NCBI GenBank assembly: GCA_964016885.1 | Contig: OZ024741.1 | Location: forward strand, 145,762,001 to 145,826,000 | Origin: Eledone cirrhosa | Taxonomy: Eukaryota | Reading direction: 5' to 3' | DNA length: 64,000 bases | Part shown: positions 45,045 to 59,747 of the stretch, piece after piece | Position numbering within the stretch: the first letter of the stretch is position 1 | Layout: the number at the start of each line of letters is the position of its first letter | Program-made: the position numbers and the translations under genes | The notes under the pieces: model-generated | Told to the model about the DNA's origin: nothing | Databases searched by the model: none | What the model saw: the letters and a program-made list of their open reading frames with translations, nothing else

Positions 45045-47140
45045 ACAGACAGTCCTGGTTCGATCGGGATGCCCTGCAACAGCTCTAACTTCCGCAGTAA
45101 CGGCTTGAGAATCAGTACATACAGAATGGACGAGAGAGGGCATCCCTGATGGATGGAACGCATGATTTAGAATGGCTCTGATAGGTAGCCATTCCAAATC
45201 ATGCGTTCCATCCACCTTGACTGCTGAGCAGATGCTGGTGTGCATGGCAGTGATCCAGCCTCTGAAGACGGGACCGAAGCCGGCCGCCTTGAGAACTGCT
45301 TCCAAGTAATGATGGTCGACCCTATCAAATCCCTTAGACTGATCTAAATTGATCAGAACCCCACCGAAGCCAGGTTTACCCCCTACCCTCTCTATGATGT
45401 ATCACATGAGGTGGACCTTGTCGTGTTTGGACCTGGTCGCGATTGCACACGTTTGGACTTCCCCTACCAGGTTCCCGACGACAAGCGCCAGTCTTGCTGC
45501 TAACACCTTGGCCAAAATCTTTAACTCTGTGTTGAGCAGAGTTATGGGCCTGAAATTGCTTATCTCATCCCACTGTTCTCATTTTTTCTGATCAGCATTA
45601 TTACGCCTCTGCCTACAGAACTGGGAATCCTCCCGTTCTGCTGCCAGTTGCAGTAGATCGCTTCGAGGACGCCAGAGAACAAGTCTGGCATGCCTATGTA
45701 AAACTCATAGGGTAGACCACCTAAACCGGGTGATTTGTGTTTCCCGCAGCGGCCTAGGGCATCTTCTATTTCGCCCACTGTGATCGGCCTTTCGCAGCTC
45801 TCCGCATCCGTGCTCGAGAGTCGCGGTACGCCGTCAAGGTAAGAACTGAAGTCCATCACCTCGCTCGATCTACCGCTTTGCTCGAACAGTTGTGCAAAAT
45901 GCTGCTGGAAGGCCGTACACATCTGCTTGGATTCAAGTATAATGCGTCCATCTTTGTCTTGCAAAGACTGAATTGTGGATTTGTTGCCACTTTTGGCCTC
46001 TGCCACTCTGACACAGCTAACAGCTTTGACTCCCTCATTTCTAAGAGCACGTGTTCTACTTCTGACAATACAACCTTCGTGTTTCATGTTGAAGAACTGG
46101 TCTAGTGCCGTTCCCGCCGCTAGCACGTCAGCTGTACTGCCATTCCTAAGTGCCTCTTCTATTTTAGCTACCAGTTCCTTTTCAGATTTACTTTTTTCTA
46201 AAGCTACTTCCTTGCTAAATGCTATCGATTCTATTCTAATTGTTCTCTTGAGAGAGCTCCACCACCTGTTGTTGACGATCGCCCCCGTCAACTGGCACTT
46301 AACTAAGGTGCTAATCCGTTTACTGTAGGCCTTACGCGCCGAGAGCGACATGTTTAGCTTCCAGTATCCGGGTCCCTGTCTATGTGTTCTGTCAAGGTTG
46401 ACTACGCAGTTGACTAATTTGTGGTCTAAATACCCAACCATGTGCATTTGTGGACAGCTTAATGTTTCCTTATCATTCTGTCTAATTAAAAATCTATCTA
46501 AATACGATCTAGAAGACCCAGTGCGATTGCTCTACGTCCACAGTGTTGCACTTGGGAAGTCTAGTCGATATCTATCAGCCAGTTGGAATTGGTTGATTAG
46601 ATGTTTGAGGCTATTACAGCCCCCTCTATAATCACAAGCTCCTACATAGTCCCAACGTGCATCTAAGATGTCATTCCAGTCCCCCGCTAACACTAAGGAG
46701 TGAGACGTTCCCAGGAATGGCTCCAGATGCTTGAAGAACTCTGGTCGTGATGTCCCAGTTGGGGCATATACGACCACCAGTTTGAAAGCTCCACCTTCAC
46801 TACCATTCATGTCCAGGACCACCAGGCTGTCCTCCGGGTCCAAGTGAATCGTCTGTATTTTGAGATCCAAGTTTTTTCGAAGCAGAAGAGCAACTCCCCC
46901 TCCTCTCCTGGCTGACAGAGAGATGCGTAGATCTCAAAATCATCGAACATGGGGGTTAGCTGCTGCTTGTCGTGAATCCTGGACTTGGTGATGGCTATCA
47001 CATCTATACAATATGACCTGAGATCATTTAAAAGCTGGCCCTGTTTCCAGGGCATGCCCAGGCCATGTACATTCAAACATCCAACTTGTATAGTCACCAT
47101 TTTGGTGAAGAAGAGTTAAGGAGGGAAAAGGAAGGAACAT
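45045..47140 (-). mobile_element. L1/Tx1-like LINE ORF2 5' half (APE + RT N-terminus), disrupted
   Basis: CLNVHGL, VYAPT, AGDWN, YLDHKLV, GPGYWKLN, KSPGLGGLPYEFY, FRPITLLNTELKILAK, SIHQGCPLS. Confidence 0.93.
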
Positions 47141-48664
47141 CAGGTAATGTACCCCTAGAAATGGAAATAAATAGACACGGTTGCCTCTGTCCACATTTTT
47201 TCATCTCCAGTAGTACTTTACCCAATTTTCTTAAATAGTTGTGTTTGTGACACAATAAAACACATCCAGCTCACTTTGTAGACATTGGTGTCATGGAGAG
47301 GGGAAACTGGCAGGCATTAGTAACTGCTGGTCTCTTAATATCTAGGCTTGTTCCTCAGAGAAGCAAACCCATGGTTAGTCAGTCACAGGTGCATATCCCA
47401 GGGCTAGTCATAACTAAAAGGGGTCCTTTCTTTTTTCCTTAGCCTTTTTAATACCATATTCCCTGAAATCATCCGTGGCTTATGATTCTAAGCTGTTTGA
47501 TTTAAAGTGTTTATATTTATCTAAATGTTTGTCAAAACATTTCTCAAGATATGCTTCAGACACTAGCTTAATAATGAAAAAGTTATATTGTGCCTAAAGT
47601 AGAAACAATTATTAAATCTCCCCAAATTCTTGATTATTCAAAAAGTTATTTGATAAAGTCAGGTAGTGTTTTTCATTGAAATAAAGAAAGAGTTAATGTT
47701 ATGCATGTCACCAGGTATTATATAGAATAAAATGTTGCAGAGATCATCAAAAAATGAGTATATAGAACAACAGAGAAGAAAGTAACACAAAAATATCTGG
47801 GAACTAATGTCTTGTGATCTAACTGAAGGCAATAAATTGTAGTTCAATGTATCACATACATAAGTATTGTCACATTACAATAGGAAATCTTTCAAAGGAA
47901 ATGCTGTGGTTCTAGCAACGAACAAAGAATTTATATATGTATGTGTATACATATGTTAACTGGGGAAAATAAAAAGGAAAATTTACATTACTTTCTCTAT
48001 AATGCAAATGTACCATTTCAGGTTGATTTCTGCTGCACATAACAATATTACAACTTAGCATGAGGTATAGGATCAAGAGAGTTTCATTTATACAACAAGG
48101 AAGTAATGCATCATTCAGTTGTAGTAGTAGTACTAGTATATATATATATATATATATATATAGATGTGTTTGTCTGTGTGTGGAGTTTAGACATTTAACT
48201 GTAATGAAGTATACAGTTAAAGTTAGGCATGAATAATTGAATGTTAAAAATAACATTTTAGCTTCTTTTATTTTTATATTAAGAAAGAAGTTAAATTTCA
48301 ACACTTGGTTAGAATGGAAATAATGTTAAATGTAATATCACTTGTACATATACATATACATATATATGTGTGTGTGTGTGTACACATATATGTATGTATA
48401 TACATATATATATATACATATATATGTACACCATACACACATACACTAGTTTTTACCAACTTTTTCTGTTCATATATTTACTATGTCATATTCTATTCCA
48501 GTATGTTAACATTCAGAAATTTCTATTTCATATTCAATACAAAATTCATTAAAACAACTAATGCTTATCAGTTAATTAATTTTGTCATTATAATATATCT
48601 ATATTGGTTATTCTGAAAAAGGTATTGAGCATTAGACGAAAATGCCTGTTAACTGAAATCCTAC

Positions 48665-48879
48665 TTAACACATTAGCATTTTAACCAGCCCTATCCAGCC
48701 AGAATTCTCTCACCTCTTTCTGTTCAAACCAGCTGTAACCAGCCATTCATACTGATGTCAAAATAAATAATATCAAAATCTCTTACATTCGATATTATGT
48801 GAGATATTTATGCAAGGTAAAGATTTTACCACGAAAATACAATAGTATATATAGAGTAATGTAAATGCTAGAGGGTTAA
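48665..48879. mobile_element. piggyBac-type MITE (TTAA ends)
   Basis: TTAA-CACATTAGCATTT ... AAATGCTAGAGGG-TTAA imperfect TIRs. Confidence 0.6.
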
Positions 48880-49746
48880 ATCAAAGGCCATGGAATTACA
48901 CTTAGTGGTACAAAATTGTTTATAATGATGCATCTATCTCCCTCAAAATTTTATGTAAAACTTTATGTAAAAATTTATAATAAGATAGTTATTTTACTAA
49001 ATTCCTCTTAATTTTTGATTATTTTCAAAATTATTTGAAAACCACAATCAATACCTTTCGAAATATGTTACCAAAAATGTTATATTCACACAACTACATA
49101 TTTTAGATTGGAAAATATTTCATCGATTTCTTTTTGTCAAACTACTAAGTTAAAGGAAATAAATGCTGACACAAACAGACCCAATCACAAATATATGCAT
49201 TTATATATGTAAATATAAACATACACATACCACAGGCTTTGCAGTGTAGGTCTACAAAATTTCACTCATAAGACATTTGTTTACAGGCTATAATAGAAGA
49301 CAGTTGCCCAAAATGCGAAATAAGGTTTGGGACCTAAAACCACATGGTTGAGAAGCAAACTCCTTAACTATACAGCCATGCCGGTGCCATATATATATAT
49401 ATATATATATATTAATATATTACCAAATTAATCTGCTGCATACAAATTTCCTATAAAAAAAGACCTGATAATGAAACCTTGTGAAAATAATACACTATAT
49501 AGAATATAATAATTTTAAAATGTACATATACCAACTTATGATTGACCATCTTAATATGTAATCTCAGTTACTTTTCAGAATCACTGTCGCCAAGATAAAA
49601 ATGCTTTATGCATATTGATTTTCCTTGTCGCTAGAAAATTCTGGTATATTTTGTCAAAGGGATGTTTATAGTAGGTTCATTATAATATTTACAAATATTT
49701 ATTTGTATTTATAAATATGTATACTCACACACGTATATAGGTATAT

Positions 49747-49822
<76 letters not shown>

Positions 49823-52039
49823 ATACACATATATATATATGACTCAGGACTGAGATCTGTGGAGTTAGGCAGTAATACAGAAGACCCACCTTCCCTTCAG
49901 CCCAGGCTGAAGCTAAGTGCACCACCTTCACCTCCACCCCACCTTTCATTCACCTCTTACGTCCAAACACGCCACCTCTCTTACATGCCCATATACCCAC
50001 CTCCCCAAACCCCACACACCTCTCCCACCAAATTGCCCAGCTCACACTGTCAAGGGGTCATGTAGGTATCATGACAAAACACACCCAGTACTGACTGTAA
50101 ATGTGGTTGGCATTAGGAAGAGCATCCAGCTGTAGAAACAAGGCAAAATCAGTTCTTTATTAGCAAAACATGTATATATCTAGGCTTCACACCTTGCTCC
50201 ATATTGATAGCTTCATCTTCCATGACACTTTCTTATTAGAAATGCCTAGACTAACAAAAAAAGAAAAGAAATAAAATAAAGAAATAAATAAAATGAAACA
50301 TCACTTTATTTTATTCAACCCCAAAATACAAGAATTGCATTAAATGGCCAATCATTAAGAGCTTAATAGTGAGTGAGAAAACAAATACCAAATAAATTCT
50401 CAACTCTAATATAGTGAAGATTATTTAATTGGAGTGAGGAACAAGACAAATATTTCAAATTGATAGAAATTCTGATTATCTTCTCTGGGTAAATGATGAG
50501 AATAGATACTTATTGCTATTTGTTTGCATCATGTGTTTCAGTTATAATCAAATCCATCATGCTTTGTTCTAGCTGTTTTCTATCAGGAAACTTTGTTAAG
50601 ATACACAATTCTAGTTTGCCACAACATACTCCATAACAATCACCAAATTTTCAAGTGAGCTTTGTCTATAGATTTCTTTCAATATGTTTATAAACTCCGC
50701 CAATGCAATCAATATGGTTGGAGATCATTGACTCCATCAGAATTGTTCATTATAAATACACAATTGCAATATTTTACTGTTTAAGATCTATAGAATGGCA
50801 TTGCTCTGCAGAATGGCTCCATCTATTGATCCACAAGCTATATACATTTATTTACTTTATTGTGATGCACCTTATTTATAAACTTTTCATAATATTTTCA
50901 TAAAGTTTCACACTATGTTTCTTTAGCTTAAAACCTGAACATATGGCAAAGCAAGAAAACAGTCTAAGAATTTTTCATTTCCAACATCTTTTGTTGCTTG
51001 TGTTGGAAACACACACATTGATTTTGCCATGCTGCCATGAAGGTGAGACAAGACAAAAGCTATGCCAAATAATATCAGTTTGAGTGGAGTCTGTGAAATT
51101 GCTTTTGATAGTCAGTTAAGAATTAAAACCTGTTTTTACTTGAATGTTATAATTTCTTGCTCACACAGCAATGGATCTGAATGTTTCTCATTACATTGAA
51201 GATAATAGATATTTGTGGAATTTTATGACGATTTTATACTGCAAAGTAAGAAACTGGAAGAAAGGATGAACAAGTTTTGTTATTTCAAGAAATATGATTT
51301 GTATGAAATTACATAACTTGATAAAAGTAGTAAAGCACTGGGATTAAATGTAGCATTATTTCCATCATTCTTTTGTTTTATGTTCTAATCATAACAGGAT
51401 TTGTTTTATTGTCCATTTCTTTTGGGGGTTCTTTAAAATATTTATCCATCAGTTTTCTTGACAGTACTCCTCTGCTAGTGCTTAATTCATTTGATACCAA
51501 ACTGCCTAAAACTGATACCAGGGCTTGTGTAACTGCTTCCTTTTCATAGCAATGTAAGCTCTGGTGTCCTTCGTCCTCACACAGCCAATTTCCTCTGAAA
51601 AATCAGAAAGACAGCTACCCACTTGAAGAAGGAGCCAATGCCTTTGCCATCTGTCAACATGATACAGCTGAATCATCAAGCAGACTGGAGTGTAGAGTTT
51701 TTTCCTTCTTCTTTTCCCTTTCAGTTGTTGCTTCATTCTCTTTTTTCTTTTTCTTCTTTCCCTTTCCTTTTTTGTTTCATTTAAATATTATTTATTAACT
51801 AAAGGTTACACAGAAGAAGTTAAACATCAAATTAGCTGTCATGTTGTTGAAAACTGATGGTCAATGAGTCACAACATGCAACATTGCTTTCTAAGTTCAT
51901 AACAATACATAGCTGGAACCTCCCCTGATGTTATTTATCTGAAAACCTTTTATCATAATTTTATGTAAGAGTAATTGTTAAGTAATGCTACAAATACTGG
52001 AGAGACAATGAGAATGCTAGTTATTACTAAATCTCTCAA

Positions 52040-52412
52040 ACTCCTTGATTATTTGAAATTCATAGACTGTGCTTATTAACAATAACTGCTATCATAATGT
52101 AACAATAGAACCATTGTTAAGTTATGTTCCAAACACCAGAGAAAGTGTTTTATCACTAGATCCCTTCAAGTACTTGATTATTTTAAAAATTAATTTAAAA
52201 TCCTAGGCAGTGTTTTTCATAATCATATGGGAACAAAAGTGTTTATATTTATCTAAAATCCTTCCATTACAATCTATATAAGAACATTTGTTAAGTTATG
52301 TTCAAAATACTAGCTTAATAATGGAAAAGTTAGTTATATTACTATTTTTTTTCTAAATTGTTGATTATCTTCAAAGTGATTTGAAATTAATAGTATTTTC
52401 TTTAATAGAAAT
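52040..52412. repeat. Degenerate, partly tandem MITE-like family; also near 47440-47660 and 48970-49080
   Basis: Recurring ttatgttc-aaa-a--agcttaataatg-aaaagtta..tactaaa..ttgatta motifs. Confidence 0.5.
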
Positions 52413-54063
52413 ACAGTAATGAAAGAGTTAAAGTTGGTGAATTATTTAAAACAAGTCAATTGTTTCCTGTTGTTTCCACTTCATGACTATTTCATTTTTA
52501 TTTTTATCAAGGCTTGAGTCTAATAAATATCAACCCTTAGCCTAGAGCTTGTATTTATGTTTCATCAACGTAAAAGACAGGAAGATGTGTGTCATTGTTA
52601 ATTGCTATATAAGTGAAAACAATTAGCATATGGTGTTTTGTTTCAAAAACAATCGTCATATTTTCATGTCCATTTCTTTCATGCTGGCATGATTTGGACA
52701 AACCATTACACACCAAGTCAGTAATTAAATGGAGCTACTGCGATCATAGGCCAGGTGGGAGATTATGTCAAGCTTACCTATGTTCCAGTTTTCTTATGGT
52801 TTCTGCAGCCACATACCTTTCCTATCACCAACCTCTTTACAGAATGTACTGTGTGCATTTTATTGTGTCACCATCTCTAGGGATGTTGTTATTGTTGATT
52901 ACTAGATAAATGAAAGCAATTAACATACTGTGTTTTGTCTGGAACACAATATCTTATGTAAAAAAGTTTTGATGAAACATTTATTGAAATCCTGTCACCA
53001 TTTACTGAGAATCTATTTTGAAAGATCTATCATATAATGAGATATTGAAGTTAGTGATATAGAGAGGAGTCAATAGAATCTAGGTCTTGCCACACCTTTA
53101 CTAGAATTCAAATATAATAATATTGGTTGGAATCTGTATCAAAGACATTCTTCTTTTATAGAAACAATGGTAACTTTGTTATTCAGCTGACTTGGCAACT
53201 AATAAAGGTTAAACTTAAGATAACCCTGTGAAATTTATTAATTATTATGATATAACTACCTCCAGTCAACTGATTATTCATTTAAGCTTCTATTCTTGAA
53301 CTATATTATTAATGCATTCTAAACTACACTATAGATCACATACACAGTTGTATGGTTATCAAACTATCAAGCTGCTGACATATACATGCATCAAACTATT
53401 TCACCATTTTCCCTGCTAATGCAAGGGTTAGTTATGTGGGGTTTCATGAAATGTTTTACAGCAGGATGTTTCCTGCTGCCAGCCCTTATGGCAAGCAGGT
53501 AAACAGTGCAGCTTTTATAAAGCCAATACATAAAGTCACAATTTAACTGAAAGATTCTAAATAAATACCATAAATAAGGTAAAATATTATAAAAGTCCCT
53601 AACTTCCCATATCATCATCTTTAGATCCACTTTTATATGCTTCCATAGGTTAGACCCATCTCAAACAGCATCCTGCCAATTGTTGAGCTCTTTTGCCCTC
53701 TCCTTTGTGAACCTTAGCATCCTGACATCACTTTCTTTACTTTTACCCCTATCTTTCTTGACCTTGGACTCACATGGCTTCCTTCTACTTGGAACACCTG
53801 ACACTTCTTTACACAATGAGCATCTTCCATACAAATTATCTAGCCAGTGCAGTTATCTCTCTTACATGCAACATCCAGCTTCTTTTATACACACACCACC
53901 ATAAAATTAGGAGAAATGTAAAAATGTTAGTGAGAGAGAAGCAGGCCTGGTTGCAGGTTTAATTTAACTGTGCAGCACCTTGGCCAAGTAGTATCTTCTA
54001 CTATACCTGTGAGTTGACCAAACCTTTTAATGGAATATGGGAGATGGAAACTGTAGAAGCACT

Positions 54064-54120
<57 letters not shown>

Positions 54121-54566
54121 AACAATTCCTGCTGTAGTTGTAGGGTAATTGTTTAAACCTGGCAGAGCCAATCCCCTCTCCAGGTCTGAACACAGCAGAA
54201 GGAGAGAGTGATAGAAAGAAGAAGTGAGAAAAAGATATAGAAGAGAAATAGCTCCATTCCAAAGTAGAGTGTAGATATTGATATAGGCTATACTGCTCAA
54301 TGCTTCAATTTAAACCATTTCAATAGCTATTTTTTAGCTATTGAAATAGTTAAAGCTTGACTGTCGGACATGATATACTATATTAATAAAAATAACCATG
54401 ATGATATATATATATATATATATATATGTGTTATGGTAATTCCATTGTTGCCTTTTAAGTACAGATCAATAAACATTTGCATAAGCAGGATTGAGCACTC
54501 AACATAGTTTATTTCCACCAATATGATATTATCCCAAAGGTGTGTGTGTGATGGAGTGTTATTATA

Positions 54567-54862
54567 ATAATGCATTAGAAGGCTACGATTTCATCACATT
54601 CTATTCATAATTCTGTGATACATATTTGGATGGCATCTTTTAGCATAAATATGCTAACTGAGTGGTGAAGAAAGAACACCTAAGCCTGTCAGCTGTTATA
54701 TCATTAGGATAATTGCATCACTATTGAATATATAATTAATGTACTGTCTGATGTGATCATGTCTGTTTATTACATAATAGATGCCATCAAAATACGCATT
54801 ACAGGACTATGTAATTAATAGAATGTCATGAAATTATGACTCACTGTCTTCCAATACATTAT
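54567..54862. mobile_element. Old fold-back/MITE with imperfect ~90-bp inverted arms
   Basis: atttcatcacattctatt..gatggcatct pairs with agatgccatc..aatagaatgtcatgaaat. Confidence 0.55.
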
Positions 54863-55040
54863 ATCTCTCTCTCTCTATATATATATCACAATCATCATTG
54901 TCATTTAACGTTCATCTTTCATGTGAGCATGGGTAGAACAGGCTGTCTCTTTGTGAGAGATCAAGTCAGGGAACTGTGATTCACTCACAACAGAACTGGT
55001 TTGGCTCATTTTATACAGCTGGATGCCTCTCCTAACATCA

Positions 55041-55205
55041 ACCACATTTACAGTGTGTATTGGGTGCTTTTTGTCTTGATGCCTACACAACCACTTTACA
55101 GTATGGACTGGGTGCTTTTGGTCGAGACACCTACCTGACCACTTTACAGAGTGGACTGGACACTTTTGTTGTGACACCTACATAACCACTACATAGTGTG
55201 GGGTG
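55041..55205. repeat. ~48-bp minisatellite derived from the SINE/RTE 5'UTR motif; similar units at 56888-57010
   Basis: accactttacag-gtggactggg-gcttt--gt--gacacctac repeated about 3.5 times. Confidence 0.75.
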
Positions 55206-55399
55206 GGCTCTTTTGTTGTGGCTCCAGTGGGGGATCACTTTAGGAGGAGTTAGGGAACTTGGGGAGGGTGGGGAAGGTGCATGGGGAAATTGAGGATGTA
55301 GGTATAGGGGTGGGATGATTGCGAGGAAGGTTTATGGGTGGAGAGATGGTAGGGGAAGGTGTTGCCTACTAGATTTATGCCTTAGCCCAAGAATACTTC

Positions 55400-56535
55400 A
55401 TAACGCCAGAGGTCATGGTCCTGTGTCATCGCCTTAGTGAGGTGTAATTGAGCAAGGTCAGCTTTCATTACCTCATCCTTTTTATACAGCTGTCATACTG
55501 CATCCACATCAAATGTCCATACCAATGCAATCTCCTCTCCTACACACAACATCTGATCCCTGTTATGCCTAATTTCTCATGCAGTTCGTCTATGCTTTGC
55601 CATTCGTGTATGTTGCTATTGTACATCCATCAAAGCATGGAGGCTTCATTTTTTTCCAATCTTCGCAGGTCTCACTACTGTGCAACATTGTTATTCATAT
55701 ACATGCATCATATAATCTGCCTTTCATTTTGAGGAAAAAACCTTTTGTAGCTAGCAAGGATTGTAGATCCCTGAACTTTCTCAAGCCCAATCTCACTCTG
55801 GTTACTGTGCTTTCAGAACACCCTCCGCCACTGCTGATTTGGTCACCCAGGTAACAGAAACTATCTACCACTTCTATAGAGCCCTCTGGGCATTTGAAGG
55901 TGAATGTATCCTGAGAGCTCTTGCTACTTATTGCCCTGTGCACTGACCATATGTAAAACCTACATTCTTTGTTGGCCTATCTGAGATCATACTACATGTT
56001 TTGTATACCCATAGCTTTCACTCAGGATATAGAATGGAATTTTTGCCTACTCTTTTTCTTCTCACTGAGCAGGACCATATTCCTGAGGAGATCTGGGCCC
56101 CGTTTTCCTTTCTACTTACTAGAACTTTAGTCTTTGTTAACTTGACTTTAAGACCTTTAGATTCTAGGCTATACTTCCAGATTTGGAATTTCATCCCTAA
56201 TTCAGCTATAGATTTAGGCTATAAGGGTTACGTCATATGCATACAGAAAATCCCAAAGGCAGCCAGTCTTAAACTCCTCCGTTATTGCCTTTATAAACAA
56301 GAGGATGCTAAGAACTGAGACTTGGTGGACACTAATCTGCAAGCTAAGTTCTTTGCTATAGTCATTGTTAATTCTGACCTTGCCGACTTTTTGTCTGTAG
56401 ATGGCTTGGTCTGCCCTTACAAGCCACTCGTCAAAATCTAGTTTTCTATGAGCCCACCAGATAATGGAATGGGGGCTCTCTCAAAAGCCTTTCCAGGTCT
56501 ACAAAAGCCAAGTAGAGGGGGTTTACTCAGCACCT
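55400..56535 (-). pseudogene. Degenerate RTE LINE RT and C-terminal fragment
   Basis: IEVVDSFCYLGDQISSGGGCSES, KMKGRLYDAC. Confidence 0.88.
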
Positions 56536-56729
56536 TAAAAGTTACACTATATAAAGATGAGGTGTTTACATGTGTCTATTACACGAAGTGTTGGCTAAAT
56601 AGTGCACACAATATAACAAACATAAACACATGCATACATATATATATATATAACAAAGGAAGTGTGGGAAGGAACCAGATGGATCATAATGCACCAAAGT
56701 ACTCAATACTTAGAGTAGTAGAGTGGGTA

Positions 56730-56860
56730 ATAGGAACAAGAATGACCCCGACGGCATAGCTCAAGCCATTCGACGGCTATTTCTGGACTGTCCAGAAATA
56801 GTCCAGAAATAGCCGTCGAAACGGCTTGAGCTCTGCCGTCGGGGTCATTCTTGTTCCTAT
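56730..56860. repeat. 131-bp GC-rich fold-back hairpin with 11-bp internal duplication
   Basis: ataggaacaagaatgaccccgacggc... pairs with ...gccgtcggggtcattcttgttcctat; gtccagaaata occurs twice. Confidence 0.9.
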
Positions 56861-57134
56861 ATATATATATATATACACATACATACATTTACAGTGTGGA
56901 CTGGGAAGTTTTTACCGTGCTACCTACACAGCCACGTTACAGCGTGGACTGTGTTTTTTTTGTCATGACACCTACACGACCTCATTTATTTAGGACTGGA
57001 TTTTGTGGTACCAACATAACATTACAGAGAAAAGGGTGGTGTTGATGGGGGTGGGGGTGGGGGTGGGGGCGTTGGGGTAGTGGGATGGCGGTGTATTTTT
57101 GGTTAGGAGGTGCCTACTGACTGTAGATTTCGCT

Positions 57135-58102
57135 TTGTACTTAGGCAAGGCGGGTCGTCTGTATTACTGCGTAGCACCAAAGATCTCGGTCCAGTGACAT
57201 TGTCTTAGAGAGGTGTAAGTGTGTAAGGTCGGAATTTATCAAATCGTTCCAGGTTTTTCTGGGTCTGCCTACTGCGTAACTTCCATCAATTTTGATCACC
57301 CTGCACTTTTTTTATACAGCTGTCATCTTTCATGCGCATCACGTGACCATACTAACGTAGTCTTCTGTCGAGTAAACAGCATCTGATCCCTCTTATAACT
57401 AATTTCTCATTTAGTTCATTTATGCTTTGCTGTTCACGTATATTACTATTACACATCCAACGGAGAATGCATGCTTCATTCCTCTCCAGTCTGCACAGAT
57501 CCTCTGCACACAATGCCCATGTCTCACTGCCATGTAACATTGTTGTTCGTATGCAGGCATCATACAGTCTGCCTTTCATTTTTAGAGAGAAACCTTTAGT
57601 GGCCAATAGTGGTATAAGCTCTCTGAACTTTTTCCCTCCAGTTCTGACTATGGCTACTGTACTTTCTGAGCACCCTCCACCATTGCTGATTTTGTCACCC
57701 AGGTAACGGAAGGTGTCCACTATTTCTATAGAGCCATCTGGGCAATACAAGGAGCTAGTATCCTGTGGGCAGTTGCTACTTATTGCACCTGAGCACCGGC
57801 CACATATACAATCTACGTACTTAGATAGCTTACCTGTGATCCCACTGCATTCTTTATGCACCCATACTTTGCATTTGGGACATAAAACAGAATTTATGCC
57901 TACTCCTTTTCTACACACTGAGCATGGCCATTTCCCAGAGGGGACCTGTGCCTTTTTTTCCTTCCTACATACTAGAACTTTAGTCTTAGATAAGTTAAAT
58001 TTAAGGCCTTTTGATTCTAGGAAATGCTTCCATGTTTGGAATTTCTTCTCTAGTTCAGCTATCGATTCAGCTAAGAGCGTTAGATCATCTGCATATAGAA
58101 GT
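57135..58102 (-). pseudogene. 5'-truncated RTE LINE with intact PHD-like finger
   Basis: LLYADDL; ORF 57352-57918 CRKGVGINSVLCPKCKVWVHKECSG..CICGRC, FRYLGD, MLHGSETW. Confidence 0.92.
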
Positions 58103-58599
58103 TATACATATATATACATACATATATACAAGGGATCTCATAGATAGGATAACACATGGTTTTTCGTAGGGGTAAGTTTTTATTAATTTCGTATTCTGAA
58201 AGACAAAAATACAACAAAAATGTTGCTCATTGGAAGCCGGGAAACGTTCTGAGGAAAGCTGTGGAAGCAACAGAAATATTCCATATATTCTTCCAGAGCA
58301 ATCTATATTAAAAAAAAATTTACATTTTACGCTTACTTGTCCGCCATTGCAAAAGGCCATAAATTCAAATTTTGGAAAGAGAGGAAAAAGAGACAAGTGA
58401 ACTATAAACTTGTACATCTCACTGCCCCCCACCACCACAATAACAATAACATCTACACTCGCTCCCCACCATCACCACATAACTCATTACACTATCTAAG
58501 CTGGCTGACCTGTTGACTGTTGACAAACTGCTAACTCCTTTGATGTATGTATGTGTGTATATATATGTATGTGTGTGTATATATGTATGTATATATATC

Positions 58600-59482
58600 A
58601 GTGAATGCGACCAGATTTCAACACAGCAACAACTACAACTACATCAACAACAGCAACTACAACAACAGCGACAGCAACAACAACAGCAGCAACAATCCCA
58701 TTGTCTGTCTGTGTTGAATGTGTGTGTATGTATGTATTTATATATATGCGACTACAATAACAGCAACAGCACCATTGTCTGCAGCAACAGCATCGGTGAA
58801 ATGAAGAACAACAACAATGGCAACAGCAGCAACAGCAGCAATAGCAGCAACAGCAACAGCAACAACAACAACAGCAACTACAACTGCAACAACAGCAACA
58901 GCACCATTGTCTGCAGCAGCAGCAGCATCAGTGAAATGAAGAACAACAACGGCAGCATCAATAACAACAACAATAACAGCAACAACAATAACAACGACAG
59001 CAACAACAACTGCCACCACCATCCCTGACCATCCACCACCACCACCATCACCATACTGACACCATCCACCACCTTCACCACCACCACCACCGCCACCACC
59101 ACCACCACCACCACCACCACTGGCACCATCCACCAACACCGCCATCCACCACCACCACCATCACTGACACCATCCACCGCCATCACCACAATCACTGACA
59201 CCATCCACCACCTTCACGACCACCACCATCACCATCACTGACACCTTCCACCACTTCCACCACAACCACCACCACCACCATCATCACTGACACTATCCAC
59301 CACCACCACCACAATCACTGACACTACCACCACCTCTACCACCTTCCACCACTTCCACCACCACCATCATCACTGACACCATCCTCCACCACCACCACCA
59401 CCATCACTGACACCATCTACCACCACCACCATCACTGACACCATCCACCACCACCACCACCATCATCAGCGTAAAGCAAACA

Positions 59483-59520
<38 letters not shown>
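58600..59520. repeat. (CAA/CAG)n tract and (CCA)n-based caccatcactgacaccatc minisatellite
   Basis: Seen directly; expanded version of 5020-5300. Confidence 0.9.
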
Positions 59521-59747
59521 AAAACTGAACTGGACTGGGAAAAATCAAAAGTTGACATGATTTTGATTTTGATTTTGTATCAGTACTGCCGGTAATATAT
59601 ATATATATGTGTGTGTATGCGAGTGGTGTGTGTGTTTGTATGCACGAGTGTTGATGTGTGAGTGGTGTGTGTGTTTGTATTTTGTATGCATGAATGTTGG
59701 TGTGTCAGTGTGTGTGTGTGCGTGTGTGTCAATAAGTGTTTTTTTAT

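Noticed and set aside
51506-51736. Possible minus-strand exon or 76-aa ORF
   Set aside because: Splice signals ambiguous and no recognisable homology
55041-55205. CRISPR-like repeat-spacer appearance
   Set aside because: Eukaryotic context, degenerate contiguous tandem units with no unique spacers and no cas genes
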